Assembly: GCA_903813345.2 (NCBI GenBank)
Contig: CAIIXF020000001.1
Location: 20,646,001-20,710,000, forward strand
DNA from: Owenia fusiformis
Lineage: Eukaryota
Direction: 5' to 3'
Length of the DNA: 64,000 nt
The notes beneath the pieces are model-generated. The model searched no databases. It had not been told where the DNA came from and was given only the letters and a program-made list of their open reading frames with translations. This document shows, piece after piece, positions 1 to 12,851 of this stretch. Both the position numbers and the translations under genes were made by a program. Every line of letters begins with the position of its first letter. Within the stretch, counting starts at the first letter, position 1.

Positions 1-327
1 AGAATTTTCAAAATTAGCGTACATGTACTCTTAATATATAAAAAGATGTAAATTATTTTCTTTGTCCTCAATGTGTTTAAGTACTTTGAATATTCCAAAA
101 TCCAAAAAGTGTAAAAGTAGTTATCATGCATATGTGCATGATGTTCTCATTTCATCTAATGTCTGTTCAAAACATGTATTTATTGATCTTGATATTGTGT
201 TTTGATATGGATTTTTAGATCGTTGATCTCTTTCTATACTTGCTATCAATATGTTTTTGTTTCTTCCATGTATGCACCATATTATATCTGCTCCAACCTC
301 ATATATTTTTGTTTATTTCATGTACAG

Positions 328-3300
328 ACAAAGGCGGGCAGAGTGGAAGTGGGCAGTTGATCGGGCAGCCATTGCCTCACGGTGGACCTGGCTCCAGGCT
401 CAAGTATCTGACCTAGAATATAGAATACGGCAGCAAAGTGACATTTATAGGCAAATACGAGCAACTAAGGGCTCAGTTGTTCTTGGAGAATATACACCAC
501 CTGATGATTTACTTCAAGGCAAAGCCAAATCAAACAAAAAATTATCTCCTTTAGAAGCTAAAATTGCCAATCTTGAAAGACAGAATGAATTGTCTCCGTG
601 TAATATATCAACGCTGCTCAGCAATGTTGATAAGCAGTCTACGAAGCTGACTCAGTCATTAGGTAATGTCTATTCCCCTGTACAATGTTCTAATAGGGGT
701 CGTAATCAGACTCCACCTGCCAAACCTATCAATGGAGTAATAGACCCTGGATCCTCACAGTCTAATCCAACACCTAGCATAGACACTACAGATAGCAAGA
801 CCCCAGCAGTAAACCCCCCATTAATAACAGTAGGAGATGCATCCCCTTGTATTGATAACACTTGCCAATCAGCACGGTGTCGACCAGTGCGCAGCTATAG
901 AAAACGGAAATTGCTACGAACTGCGGGGTTGCATCAGTTAAATCGTAAAGCAGCGCGGGCATCTACTATAAAGTGTCAGTGCTACCCACCATCTACCCCT
1001 TGTGCAATGTGTGGGGGAAGGTACAACAATAAACAAGCTATGGACTCTGACAACATGCCATTAAATGAGAGAGTGGGCCTCCTTGATCCAGCGTTCCATC
1101 CAGTACTCTCATTCTCACAAGGTAAATTAATATCATTATTGAATTATCAATATTATGAATTACAATTTGCTGATTTAATCTCATGATATTGCCATGGTTT
1201 CCTGGTGGATGTTAATTTTATATAAAAGGCAGTGATCTCCCACTATTAAGCAAGTGGGGACCCACCTGAGATATTGACAATAAGCTTATGCCCACCTGAA
1301 AATCCATTTGCACCTACTTGAAAATTGGCATATTTTGTTTGGTCTGAAGTGTGAATATGAGAATCTTGCAAATCTGTTGAGAATACTGCAAGAATTTTAA
1401 TTTGGGTTATCTAGAATCAGAATAGACACACAAAATTCATTGTTTTGAAATGCTACTGTGTCCTTATTCCTTACCTTCCCCTTTCCAATCATAAATTCAA
1501 AGCCTAGGACAAAACAGCATTTGATGATTCTTTTTTGGCCCCTCTCAACTATTAAATGGTTGATTACTTTGTGTAGTTCATGGTGAATACTAAGTTTCTG
1601 TGGTTTGATAATTTAATACATGTATTTGATGGTTGCTATTCATTAGTTAACAGCATTGCTGAAAGGACAGCCTGTGATTGTGATAAACATATCTAGTTGC
1701 AGACTGATACACTTGATAAAAGTAATTATGCTGCATACATCATACATACTTATTATATCTGAACAGCAGCCACACCCTTTTTACAGAAGTCTAGCTAGGT
1801 AGTTTTGCTCTGTAGAATATTAATGTATGGATGCCTTAAAGGAATATGAAACTAAACATCTCTAAATCTTTATGTCCAAGAAAACATGGCAAGTTATATA
1901 ATTAACCCATACAAATGAAATTAGTACAGCCATCTTTATTGGGGTGTTTCGTAAGAGTGATTACTAAATGCAGTTTTCAGCAGTTTTATTGTCATTAGCT
2001 TCCCCTCGTATCAAACTTTGATACAATAGTTTTTGGCATAATGTGAAACTCAGTTACTGACAAAGATATCATAGATGCTTTGATTAATTTTTGACTGCAA
2101 AGCAGCCCAGGTCATCTTGGTTTCTCAACAGACCAGGTAGACTTTTTATTTTAATACTAGAGGAAAGATTAGGGAGTCCATATTCTGCTGCTGCAAAGCT
2201 AGGTGTTAAATTGAATTTTGCCTAATTTGCATTTTAGAATTTCAATGTGTATTACACCTTGTAGATCAAGATGGCTAAATGAAGGAATGAAAATGGTTGA
2301 AATAACATGCAAGATTTGCTCTAATACATTTAAGTAAATGTTCTTGCACTGCAGTCAGAATTGAAATTAGCTAAACAATCTTTTTCTTGTTACATTCAGG
2401 AATTAATTGAGGTATGATTATGATATCATCTACAGTTCTACACATTTGTTCCAAATATATGGTTAAAATAAAAATGGTATTGACAGCTCAGGTTCTGCGA
2501 CCTGACTGGCGAATAATATGATTTGATACTGACATCAATCTTTTGTTATCATCCATTCAAAATGTGACAAGATTTTATGAAATAATAATTTTTTTACTTG
2601 TTTTAATCCATTTATTGTTCTCCAGGAATAAACCGACATTTATCCTGGATCGTAATTACACGAATGAGCCATTGATTTCCAATTCTGTTGTGTGCACAGA
2701 AATAGGTTATACTGAAACAGGCATTTACAATATGCCAGACATTTTATCAAATAGTTGAGTACATTGGTCTGTAACTAAGTGTTCTGGGTTGAAGAGTTAT
2801 GGCTATTCTGCCACTCACTTACAATTTCATGTTACCCTGATTACATGTATGATAATGGGACATGTTCCCCATGGTTGTTTCTGGCGCTTAAACCCGACTG
2901 TTAAACACTGGCTCATTTCCTCTTAGTTAGAAATAATCGTTAAATTCTAGGAGTTGACTACCTGAAGCCATGGCCTAAAATTCGCATGGAGCCCTTTCAG
3001 TTCATGGGTTATTGTTAGGTTCCATGAATTACATTAGTCTTGGTTAGAAGAGGTTTTAAGGGAGAGCTGCTTTGCTTTTCAATCAATTGTGTTCAATACC
3101 CTAAGCCATATTAGAAGCAATGTGAACTTTTCATGTATGTATGGTTTTCAGAAATATAATCCTACACATGGTGTACTGACGCATAAATCCAGGCCCAAGT
3201 AATTAATAGAAATCTGAAAACTCAAGTCATCTCATATTCCACCTTTTCTGGTGTGCCCGATTGTTAAAAGACCTAATAAAAAGTTATTGTAAACATTTCT

Positions 3301-6300
3301 TATGACCACAAATCTATGGGTGACCTAAATTTGTTTTTTTCAACTTTTTGGTAAAATAACAGCTGCTATGCTGAACTTGTTAACTTCCAGATGTTGTATT
3401 TCAGGATGTTTCATTTGCTTTGAGGTGGCAAACATTAATGAATTGTGACATGTTTCAGATGTTCCTTTACCAGTGCACTTTGAGTCCTTGTTGAAGACTG
3501 GGGAGTGGCAGAACAAACCATCACCTCGTACTGAGAAAAGGTAAAAACATTTTTTCCATTCTGATATTACTTCCTGGTGGAGTACAAGTCATGTGGGTTT
3601 TATATAATGAAAGTATGACGTGTCACATTCATCCAATGATGTATTTCATGATGTGTTCAAATGATTCGTGTCCCCATATTTCCTACCTGCATCTTTCACA
3701 TCAAGTCTAGGCTGTCACAAAAATAAAACCATGCCCTGCCAAAAAAGAAATTGACCGACCATCAATTTGAAAAAGGCAGGGATTAGAACCAGACAATTGT
3801 TTTAGCCTGGCCTTGTAACAAACGATTCAAAATGTTGTAGTCAAAATTACTTCCATCAAAGAGTGATTAGTGCTGTTATCCTAATATATCAGCATTTTTA
3901 TAAACAATTCTTCACTCTCCAAACTTCTCTGCTTCAAGCATTTTGAGTCATTAGAGGATTATTTTTGTTCAGCTGGATAGTGCTTGTTTTATTTGGAAAT
4001 TTCTAGAAGATGGGAAAGATGTAGCCTTGCCCAAATTGGTCTCTTTTACTTGGGCAAGGCTAGGGAACAAATTGAAAGGTTTGTTTTCAGTTACAAAACC
4101 ACATGCACATTTTAGATTCTTGTTTGGATTCATGTTTACAATTTTTTATCATACTTTTACAAAGGTGCTTTATTGTTGTCATCTTGTTAATTTTATCATT
4201 ATCACATCATTTTTAAAGGAATCCAGTACTACATTGTGCTATCATTATTATCATCAACAATCAGTCACTTGTTTTGACCAAACAAAATCTAGTATTATAC
4301 TGTAATTAGGTCCAGGTACTATAGTATTACATCAATTGCACATGATGATCTTAATTTGAGATAAGTAATTGCTTTCAATCATATGCAATCTTATCCAGGC
4401 TGGGAGTCCTATTTTAAAGCTGTTTATATTCCTACATATGTAGTCATTAATCAAGGTAGCAATATAAGGTGTGGTGGAGCACAAGATAACCAAATCCTCC
4501 AATCAGAATATTGTTTAAAGCTGGACATCGCTCCAAAACGCAATATGTTGACATATATTGTTTTTACACTTTTAAGCTCTAATATAAAGTTTATGTAAAT
4601 AAAAATTGTTTTTTTCTGCGTTATATCAAAGAACAATCATTTAGTTAAAAAAAAAAAAGGAGAATACGGGATTCGAACCCGGGCCTCCCGCGTGCTAAGC
4701 GAGAATTGTACCCCTAGACCACCGTCTTCTAATGAATGTTGGAAGTAATTAAACGCTACTTATTTTGAATGCTATGATTCGGAAGTGACGTCACGTTCTT
4801 CATTTAGAAACTTTTCCAAAATCATATCGTCGGCGCCGATCGAAGCAATTCAATGAATAATCTTTGAAATGACACATTTATCGTAAGTATTTCTACACAA
4901 GATTTGCCCCATTTGTTCATCATTCTATAATCTTTCATTAGGCTCAAAATGATAAAGTTCACCCCCGAAACAACCCAAGGATTGCGTTTCGGAGCGCAGT
5001 CCAGCTTTAAGTCAAACAACTGGACAAAATTCTTTATTTTCTGTTATCAGAGGAAAACTTTTTTCTTTCAAGTTTATTAAAAAAAACATGCACTTCCAAA
5101 AACAGTCCTTCCTCTCATCACAATATATTGAAGTATTCCCACTATACATTTTTTATTGTCTAGTTATCCTCAATGGGTGCTAGTGAGATTTTCATTTTCA
5201 CAATTTCCATCATTCTACTGAGTTCAAATAGGATTTGTGGATACAAGCTTATTTCCAAAATCTGAACTGGGTGCATCAATGCCAGGAAGATCACTTTATA
5301 ATAATAAGCCACAATACTCTCAATTATAGTATGATCCGTAAAATGAAGCCTTCTGATTGGTCAGTTCTTGTGCTGTGCCAATCTGTATTGCTACTGAGAT
5401 TGTCCCCAGTGATCATCTCCATCGCGATACAGAAAATATTGGTACGGAGGGGGCAATCTCAGTAGCAATACAGAGGATCACACAATAAAAATGTTATTGA
5501 ATGATTTGAAGTACAATACAGGATATATTCTGTCTCGATATTCTGTATTGGCACTCGACTTTTTCTCATTCCAATACAGAATTTCTCGAGTAGAATATAT
5601 CCTGTATTGCACTTCAAATCATTCAATAACTTATAATATTTTATATGAATGATGAAGTGATAATTATTAATTTTAGTCCTTACGTAAAAAGAATATTGCT
5701 ATATGTGCATTATATCATTTATTTATTTGTTATTGTACATGTTAGTCGAGAGGTGGTAATTATACTAGCATAATATGTACAGATGGAAATTACCATCCTG
5801 TTATATAAAATGAATTACATATAATTCTCTGTTGGATACATATGAGACTCAGTATGTTGTAATAAAATAATCATTGATGCAGTATGTTAATGCAACAGTA
5901 TCTGCTGATGCTACTAGACTCACTGGGAAATAATCAATACATTGCAGCCATGTGCTTGTGAATCATAGCGCCAACTAACAATCTCTTCTCTTGCTATGCT
6001 ATGACTTTTATAACACACAACTAGAACCTTTTGGCATGACACGTTCTTGCAAGTTCAATTCTTATAAATAAAAAATGTATCCACTGAATAAAACAGCTAG
6101 GGTATCGGTGTAATGCTTGTTAAAACATCGAACAGTTATCTTTTCAAGTTGAATGTCACAGTGACCTTGGCAATGTCATGCCTTGTTACATGGTGAGAAA
6201 AGAGTTCACATTGTAAATAGAGTTAGCTTTTATCTCATTAAATAAGCAATGTAGTACACAGTAAATATTCTACTTTAACAGCTCGAAATTGCTAGTTACA

Positions 6301-9300
6301 TTGATATCTCAGTATCATCGTTTTATCTGCCCTTGCTAGATACATAATGCTAGCTGAGTTGAATGTCTTAACAGTTACACTATACTGTACTCCATAAAAT
6401 TACATTAACTAAACTCTATTAAAGTACCAAGTAGAAAATCTGACCTCCTTTAATATAAAATCCACATCTTCATAGATTGATAAATATTTTATCTAGTATT
6501 TTTTCATTATAAATTGCATTCCTTTTATTATGCCACTTCCCCATGTCAAACTTTAGTAAAAGGTTAATATTTTCCTGGTAAATGTCAATGGCCAATAATG
6601 CACTGTAAATTAGGTTTTATTTTTATTTTTATATTCAGTGACTGTTTCAGTGGGATCAGAGTAAATCCCTTGCTCAATGATAATAACTCTATTTATAAGT
6701 AAATACCAGAATAACAACATATAGTCTTGGATATTCAAGGTTACATAGAAATTGCCTGCACTAAAGATAGAGATGCCCTGATGATATAATTACTTTCCCT
6801 ACATACTGCATATAGGTTCAAGTAATCTGGAATATTCTATTAGTTGTTCTGTTTCTCTAATCTGAATGAACACAGCAATGTTGCATTCAGCAGAATTCTT
6901 ATCCTCTGGGCTTGTGTGTTAGATGTAGCATTAAGACATGTAAGAAATACTCTGTGGACTTATGGTAATCTTGTATTATCCCTATCCCCTCAGAGGATTG
7001 TCCAGTTGTCCCCCATGTCACTTTTTGCAGCAAAATTATAATCGAAAAACATAAAATGCAAACTAATATTGAAGCTGGCTTATGATGATTCCATGTGTGA
7101 TTCTAGGAAGTATTCTGGTGCGGATGATCACAAGAAGTATATGCGCAAGTACAACAACAAAAGTCCAACCACTGCTGCCATTCTCAATGCCTCTACAAGT
7201 GAGAACTAGTTTACATTCTGTCATATAGTAAACAATTTTGTGAGAACTAGTTTACATTCTGTCATATAGTGAACAATTTTGTGAGAACTAGTTTATATTC
7301 TGTCATATAGTGAACAATTTTGTGAGAACTAGTTTACATTCTGTCATATAGTGAACAATTTTGTACAATGAATCCATTTTTCATTTATTTTAGAACTTAC
7401 CCGAATCCTGAACTCTTATTCAATTTCCGATAGTATTCTTGAAACTAAACAATATTTTGCTGTCATCTTAACTATATGATATTTAATAAATAATTATTTT
7501 GATGTTAGCAGTCCTATTATAATGTTTATATAGGATGCACAAGCTAGATGATGATAAACCTACTGTTTCAACTGAAAAATGAGGACAAATCACTCGCCGA
7601 ACTGATAGCTTGGAGCCACAATCCATTTTGTACTATGGTTGGTGCACCCTTTGGACCCTGGGGTCATATGAATACATTGATCCATATAAATATATGGCTA
7701 CTTGTAAAAACAACATACTCTTGTTTTAGAATTGCGGATCAAATATAGTGAAAGAGCACTGTCAAAGAGTGGTGGTTCCCTTCCTGGAACTCCAAGACTG
7801 TCTGCTTCAGATAGTAGAATATGTCGATCTGAGTCGAAGAATAGGCGCAAGGCTGCCAGGCTGGCTATGGGTAAGTCTGGAAAAGTGCTTATGATTGCTT
7901 GTAGAGTTATTGGGAAATATAGAAGTTAGCATTTCCTAATTTAGGAATTAAAATTTCCTTCAGAAAAGATTATAATGATAATGGTTGTGATATATAAGCT
8001 AGATGATGATCCACTTACTGTTTCAACTGAAAAATGAGGACAACTCACTCGCCGAACTGATAGCTTACAAATGCATAAAGAAAATTTCTGGTAGCCTCAT
8101 TTATAAAGTTTCTTATTTAAGGTTTCATATATGTTGCGTTTCAGCTGCTCTTACTAAAAAAGAGCGTCGAATGTCTTTGAATGATCGCTTGAGACGCACA
8201 GTGGGAACCCCATCTCCTGGGCCAAGAGAAACCCCACCACCTGGCATGGCTCAGAGCTGCCCCAGTGGGACTCTCAAGGAAATGAAGGAAGCGTTAATTA
8301 AAAAGAGGCGAATGGAAAATGCTTTTGACATCAATAATATTGTAATTCCATATGGCATGGCAGCATCATCAAGAGTTGAAAAGCTACAGTATAAGGAAAT
8401 CATAACACCAAAGTAAGTTGAAATTCAACTTCCAGTTTTTTGATCTTTTCTTTTCATAAGTGGAAGTACATAGCCTAGAGCAAAGTTAATCTTAGAGGAG
8501 AGTTCATCATAGGTGCTGAGAGAAATATCATCCCGACTCTTGTGAAAACATGAGATCAAATGTCTTGTATTGTATTTATCAAACATGTGTCTTAGTAAGA
8601 AAATATTAAAGCACATATGTTCCTATTACCCATGAAAACAGGAAATGGAAAGTGTGTGAATAATTATATAATGAAATCATTATTTATAGATGGCGTGAAG
8701 TAGATCCTTTCCATGATGCTCTCGTGACAAAGACCACTGAGAATGGACCAATAAAACCTGAAGAGGTTGCACAAGTGAATGGTACAATAACTTCTGAGGA
8801 ACAGAGTGTAAAAGAAGCAGAGACTGGAGTTGAGACAGTTGCTGCAGCTGTCCAACCAGGCCCTGTTGTCACAACACCAACTCCCCCATCTTCACCCCAG
8901 GAAGCAACAGAAGAGGTATGTATGCTTTTACAACGCTAATAGATTTTGGAGGGTTTTGAGTTGTTTTTTTTCAGTTGGAACTCATTTGGTTTGTATGATG
9001 AAATATTTTTATCCAGATAGCTCTTATCGACAGTTTATCGATATTGAACAATATTTTCCACCATTTTGGACGAGGTTTACTCTAGTTACCTTCATCATGT
9101 TGTGGACCATTGAACTTAAATATGTAAAACCATGCAAGTTCCCAAATATGATAACATTGTCCTGTTTATCTTGCAGATTGAGGACACGAGTGATGAGTTC
9201 TACAGTATGAAACATCTGCCTTGTGAGGTCCAGGAGAAAAAACGTTTTATCTCGTATCTGGTTACACCCACAAGTCGAGGCCGTTCAGCCAATAGCAGGT

Positions 9301-9953
9301 CTGAACACAGAACTGATAGTCGTACGAGAACAGACAGTGGGGCAACAACCCCTGATCCATTATCTCCAGAGGCTAGTCTTAATGACAGTAGTATATTTGC
9401 CTCAATGAACAGTACCTCAAGTTTGCAATCAGTCAGTTCCCCTTTGGCATCTCCAGTGACTCCAAACTCATCCTCCTCTAAGTTAGCTTCTCTAGAAGAG
9501 CACAGCATTTTGGGGCGAAAACGTAGTGGATCTCTGTCACAGAAACGTGAGCGCACTATATCCTGTATGAGTGATGATAATATGGTACGCTCTACATCAG
9601 CGACGCCAGATGTTGATGTACAAGTGACCCCATGGGAGACAGCTAAATTCCCATTGAGCGAGAATGACCTAGTGACCTATCTAGAAACTCCACCACCTCC
9701 CCGTGCTCAGCCAGTTATCACAACCTCTGTACTGCCAATCAGACACCATACACATTACCACCATCAGACCTATGACACCACCCCTGTCAGTAGTAGGGCT
9801 TGCTCCCCTAATTTCATAACATCCCCTGAGTCTGATGAATTCTTTGATGATGACCCAAATGATCCAGAATATGATCCTGAGTGGACTGTAGTGAGTGGGG
9901 TACGTCAACCTGCAAAATCTACAGGCCTTGTGCTTAAACTAGCAAAGCGTTGA
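328..9953 (+). CDS. KANSL1: KAT8 regulatory NSL complex subunit 1 (NSL1), 5'-incomplete. Exons 328-1121, 3459-3540, 7107-7198, 7730-7870, 8145-8412, 8690-8915, 9177-9953
   Basis: Motifs [62 protein letters not shown] and PEHE-type [17 protein letters not shown]. All introns are GT-AG and phases are consistent when joined. Confidence 0.93.
4519..5006. mobile_element. Non-autonomous TIR element with TTAA target duplication (Kolobok-like)
   Basis: TTAA at 4515-4518 and 5007-5010. Imperfect ~26-bp TIR agctggacatcgctccaaaacgcaat / attgcgtttcggagcgcagtccagct, with AG...CT termini. Confidence 0.75.
4659..4729 (-). pseudogene. tRNA-like sequence (Pro-type D arm, AGC/Ala anticodon, broken acceptor stem) followed by a T12 run
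   Basis: Minus strand gaagacggTGGTCTAGGGGtacaattctcgcttAGCacgcgggaggcccgGGTTCGAATCCcgtattctcc then T12. A box, B box and anticodon arm are present; the acceptor stem pairs poorly. Confidence 0.75.
5323..5637. repeat. Double-hairpin element, probably a non-autonomous repeat
   Basis: Inverted arms 5382-5407/5450-5474 and 5493-5550/5571-5630. Confidence 0.6.
7199..7364 (+). repeat. 41-bp tandem repeat x4 starting at a KANSL1 splice donor
   Basis: Unit gtgagaactagtttacattctgtcatatagt(a/g)aacaatttt at 7199, 7240, 7281, 7322. Confidence 0.97.
7540..7612 (+). ncRNA. Intronic box C/D snoRNA, copy 1
   Basis: Terminal stem caagcta/tagcttg; box C ATGATGA 7548-7554; D' CTGA 7572-7575; C' ATGAGGA 7579-7585; D CTGA 7602-7605; sense to the host gene. 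Confidence 0.88.
7995..8067 (+). ncRNA. Intronic box C/D snoRNA, copy 2
   Basis: Terminal stem taagcta/tagctta; C 8003-8009; D' 8027-8030; C' 8034-8040; D 8057-8060; ends 77 nt upstream of the acceptor at 8144. Confidence 0.9.
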
Positions 9954-12495
9954 GGCCTGAATATTCAGAGAGATACAGAGAATAGCTACATAGGTATATG
10001 TTGAAATAGATATCTGCTATGAGAGATGTGGAATGATGTTGTGCATATCCACTAAGAATGATATCAGATATGTAGCAAGATATACTCGAAAATTCAAAAG
10101 GCTAGTAGCAAGCCAATGTTTGCTGTTAAGCTTCTACAAAGTTCCATATGTACAAATATGTCACTAGTACTGGAATGGTGGCTGGACACCAAATATGGAA
10201 TACAACCAAATATGGACGTTTAGGATGAAAAGTTGAATGGATTATCATTGAGGAGAGCTAAATGAGTGCATTACTCATCGGTTTTTTTCAAATAGATAAA
10301 TGGTTTAAATAGGGCTAGAAATTAGCAAGGGGCAAGTTTGCTATCAGGCAATGTAAAATCTTGCTCCTGTCTTTAAATTGTAGGTCAAGCCCTGTTATTC
10401 CATGAAGTGTCACATTTATTCAGGCAATGGATACTATGAAATTTCTCCCAATGCATGTATCTTAATGTCTTGTGAATCAGTTGCTTATAGTTTGTCTATG
10501 ATCTTCATATATCACAATGCCCATATATGTCATAAATGGTGATACTACCACAGATCATTGAAGTCATTTTTTCTCAAGCACGCTCAAACATTGATCTGGA
10601 AAAATTCAAATACCAACATTTTTAGATAGCACACTGAATAAGATACAAGTCCAGGCTGAGTTAAAGTTAACATTAAAATTATATAATTTTTGGAGTTGAT
10701 TGCAGATCAAAAATGTAGTTCCCTTTTGTTTCGTATTAAAGCCAAACAACACTGGGTACAATGTTCCTCTTTTGACGGAAACTGTACATTGGTGTGAAAA
10801 CATTGTTGTATGAAGATTTATTTTGTTACATGTTTTATTTTAATGATCAGTGGTTGTATTCGTTTACATGAAAAATACATAAAAAGTAAAAAATGAGAAA
10901 ATATACAAAACATTGTATATAATGTATAGTGAGTAGATGTTAAAGCACATGGTAAAATATAAGCAACATTTTTGTTGGTGTTATATATTTTCAATTTGTC
11001 ATTAGGTATCCAGAACTATTTTGTGTAAAATTGTGTAATATAGAAAACTGTACAAAGCGTCATCTGTATATATAATGTATCCATTATTCCATCACGATGA
11101 TACTCTGTATCAAATCCAAATCTAGCTGTAGACTCTGGCTTTTTATTGAGGGAAAGTACAGTTAAGGCGTATTAATACTTCATTGTAAAGAACCAGGTTA
11201 TCAAATAGCTAAATCTCATCTCACATACATGCATTTCATACTAAGTTAGTAATCTAGAGAAAATAACACAATCTTGACAAGCTGCATCTCCAAAATGTTT
11301 TTCTCATATATAATAGAAGTGTTATAAACTCAAGTTTGGCCAGTCTGACCTCATTTTGAATTATTGATTGTCAAGTGTCTCATTTTCTCTATGTTTCTAA
11401 CTATAAATTCTTCAACACAGATCAAGACTTGTATATAATGTAAATAGTTTCTGCTATGATCTTTAGGGGTTTGTATAGAAGGCTTAGTGCCTTGAGAACT
11501 AGCTACTAGGAAGCACATTTCAGTATAAATAAGATGCATATAAATTAGAGTTGGGTCGGGTAAGGGTCTGATCAGGTTTGACCTCTTGGGTTGAGATGGG
11601 TCACGTGTCATATACTAAAAAGAGATCTTGTTGGTCTCATAGATTGTCCTCAATATAGCAAGTTCTTTTACCTTTAACTTAGCAATGAAAGGGGAAAATA
11701 TATCAGTTGTAAAATAAGAAATGTACATTGGGAAAAATATTAACAAACTGTATTTGTAGATTGCGTAGATCAACTACTCAAATTGGTCTTGGACTGAAAT
11801 TGAATTTCAAAATTGCCAAATGAACCTGATGAATATTTGAATTTTTCCTACAAATATGACATATCAATGAGCTATTATTATCTGAGAGTCCAAATGTTTT
11901 CTAAATTTCAGATTGCAATGTGAGAGGGGCCGGCATCTTTTATAAATGTACTGAATTATTGGTTAGAGTTGCGTTTCTTTGGGGCTAATCCGACCTGTTC
12001 ATGGCTCGGGTCATGGTGATACGTTGGGAAATAACCATAGTGAACTGACCTGGCCCAAACCCTACCCATCTCTAATAAAAATGCTGTGAAAAATTTCAAG
12101 TATGAATAATATACTACAGTGACATGTACCACTTCATATGATATAAAATATATCACTTCAATATAAATGCTTAAAATATATCAGTAGGTGTCAATTTAAC
12201 TCTGAAATTTCTGTTAGCAAATATTTATGGGAATAATTGATATACACTGTACTTGGTTTAGTTTATCTCATATACTCCCACATATAAAATCAAAGATAAA
12301 AGGTTATATGAGCAGGCTATAAACAAGAATGTATTCATATTGTGTTAAATGGTTTAAATGGTGACCTTTTCCTGTTGAGTTTTAAAGCATGATGAAAATA
12401 CGAAACTTGATCGTTCATGTCTATCTGTAGTGAATGTGTTCATGGGTTGAATCTTCTTACAACACTACTGTACTTGGCACATAGTGCAATTGACA

Positions 12496-12501
12496 AATAA
12501 A
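12496..12501 (+). terminator. Candidate KANSL1 polyadenylation signal (3' UTR of about 2.5 kb)
   Basis: AATAAA downstream of the stop at 9953, followed by a T-rich tract near 12533-12545. An earlier AATAAA at 12074 is an alternative. Confidence 0.4.
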
Positions 12502-12851
12502 TGTTTGAGGTACAAATATCAAAACTAAATACATTTCTTCTGTTTCCATGTTAATGGTTGCCCTAGTATTTCCCACTTCAATTCATTTCCCTAGCATATG
12601 GTATATTTTATTCATTGACCATACTCCAGTCCTACATAGTATTAATACAATATTGGACTCTACTTCAATCTCACACCGGAACACCCCGACAACCGAAGTC
12701 AAATGTCAAAAAAGGGGTGGACTTAACTGTTGCTTCAACTCTAATCATTTGGGACCTTATCATCACTAATTCTGTGCATTTATTAAGCTCTTGTGACCAA
12801 GTATTATATGAAATCCTTATTTCGATCAAATGTGGTTGTAAATCACAATAG

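Noticed and set aside
2869-3035. Possible H/ACA snoRNA (hairpins ccatggtt/agccatgg and catggagcc/ggttccatg followed by ACA)
   Set aside because: No ANANNA H box in the hinge and no second copy. It needs snoReport/Infernal and expression data.
4659-4729. Functional tRNA-Ala(AGC) gene
   Set aside because: The acceptor stem cannot form 7 bp, the T stem has a mismatch and the D arm is Pro-like; kept only as a tRNA-like cassette.
8995-9120. Third C/D snoRNA in the last KANSL1 intron (ATGATGA at 8995)
   Set aside because: No CTGA D box or terminal stem at a suitable distance.
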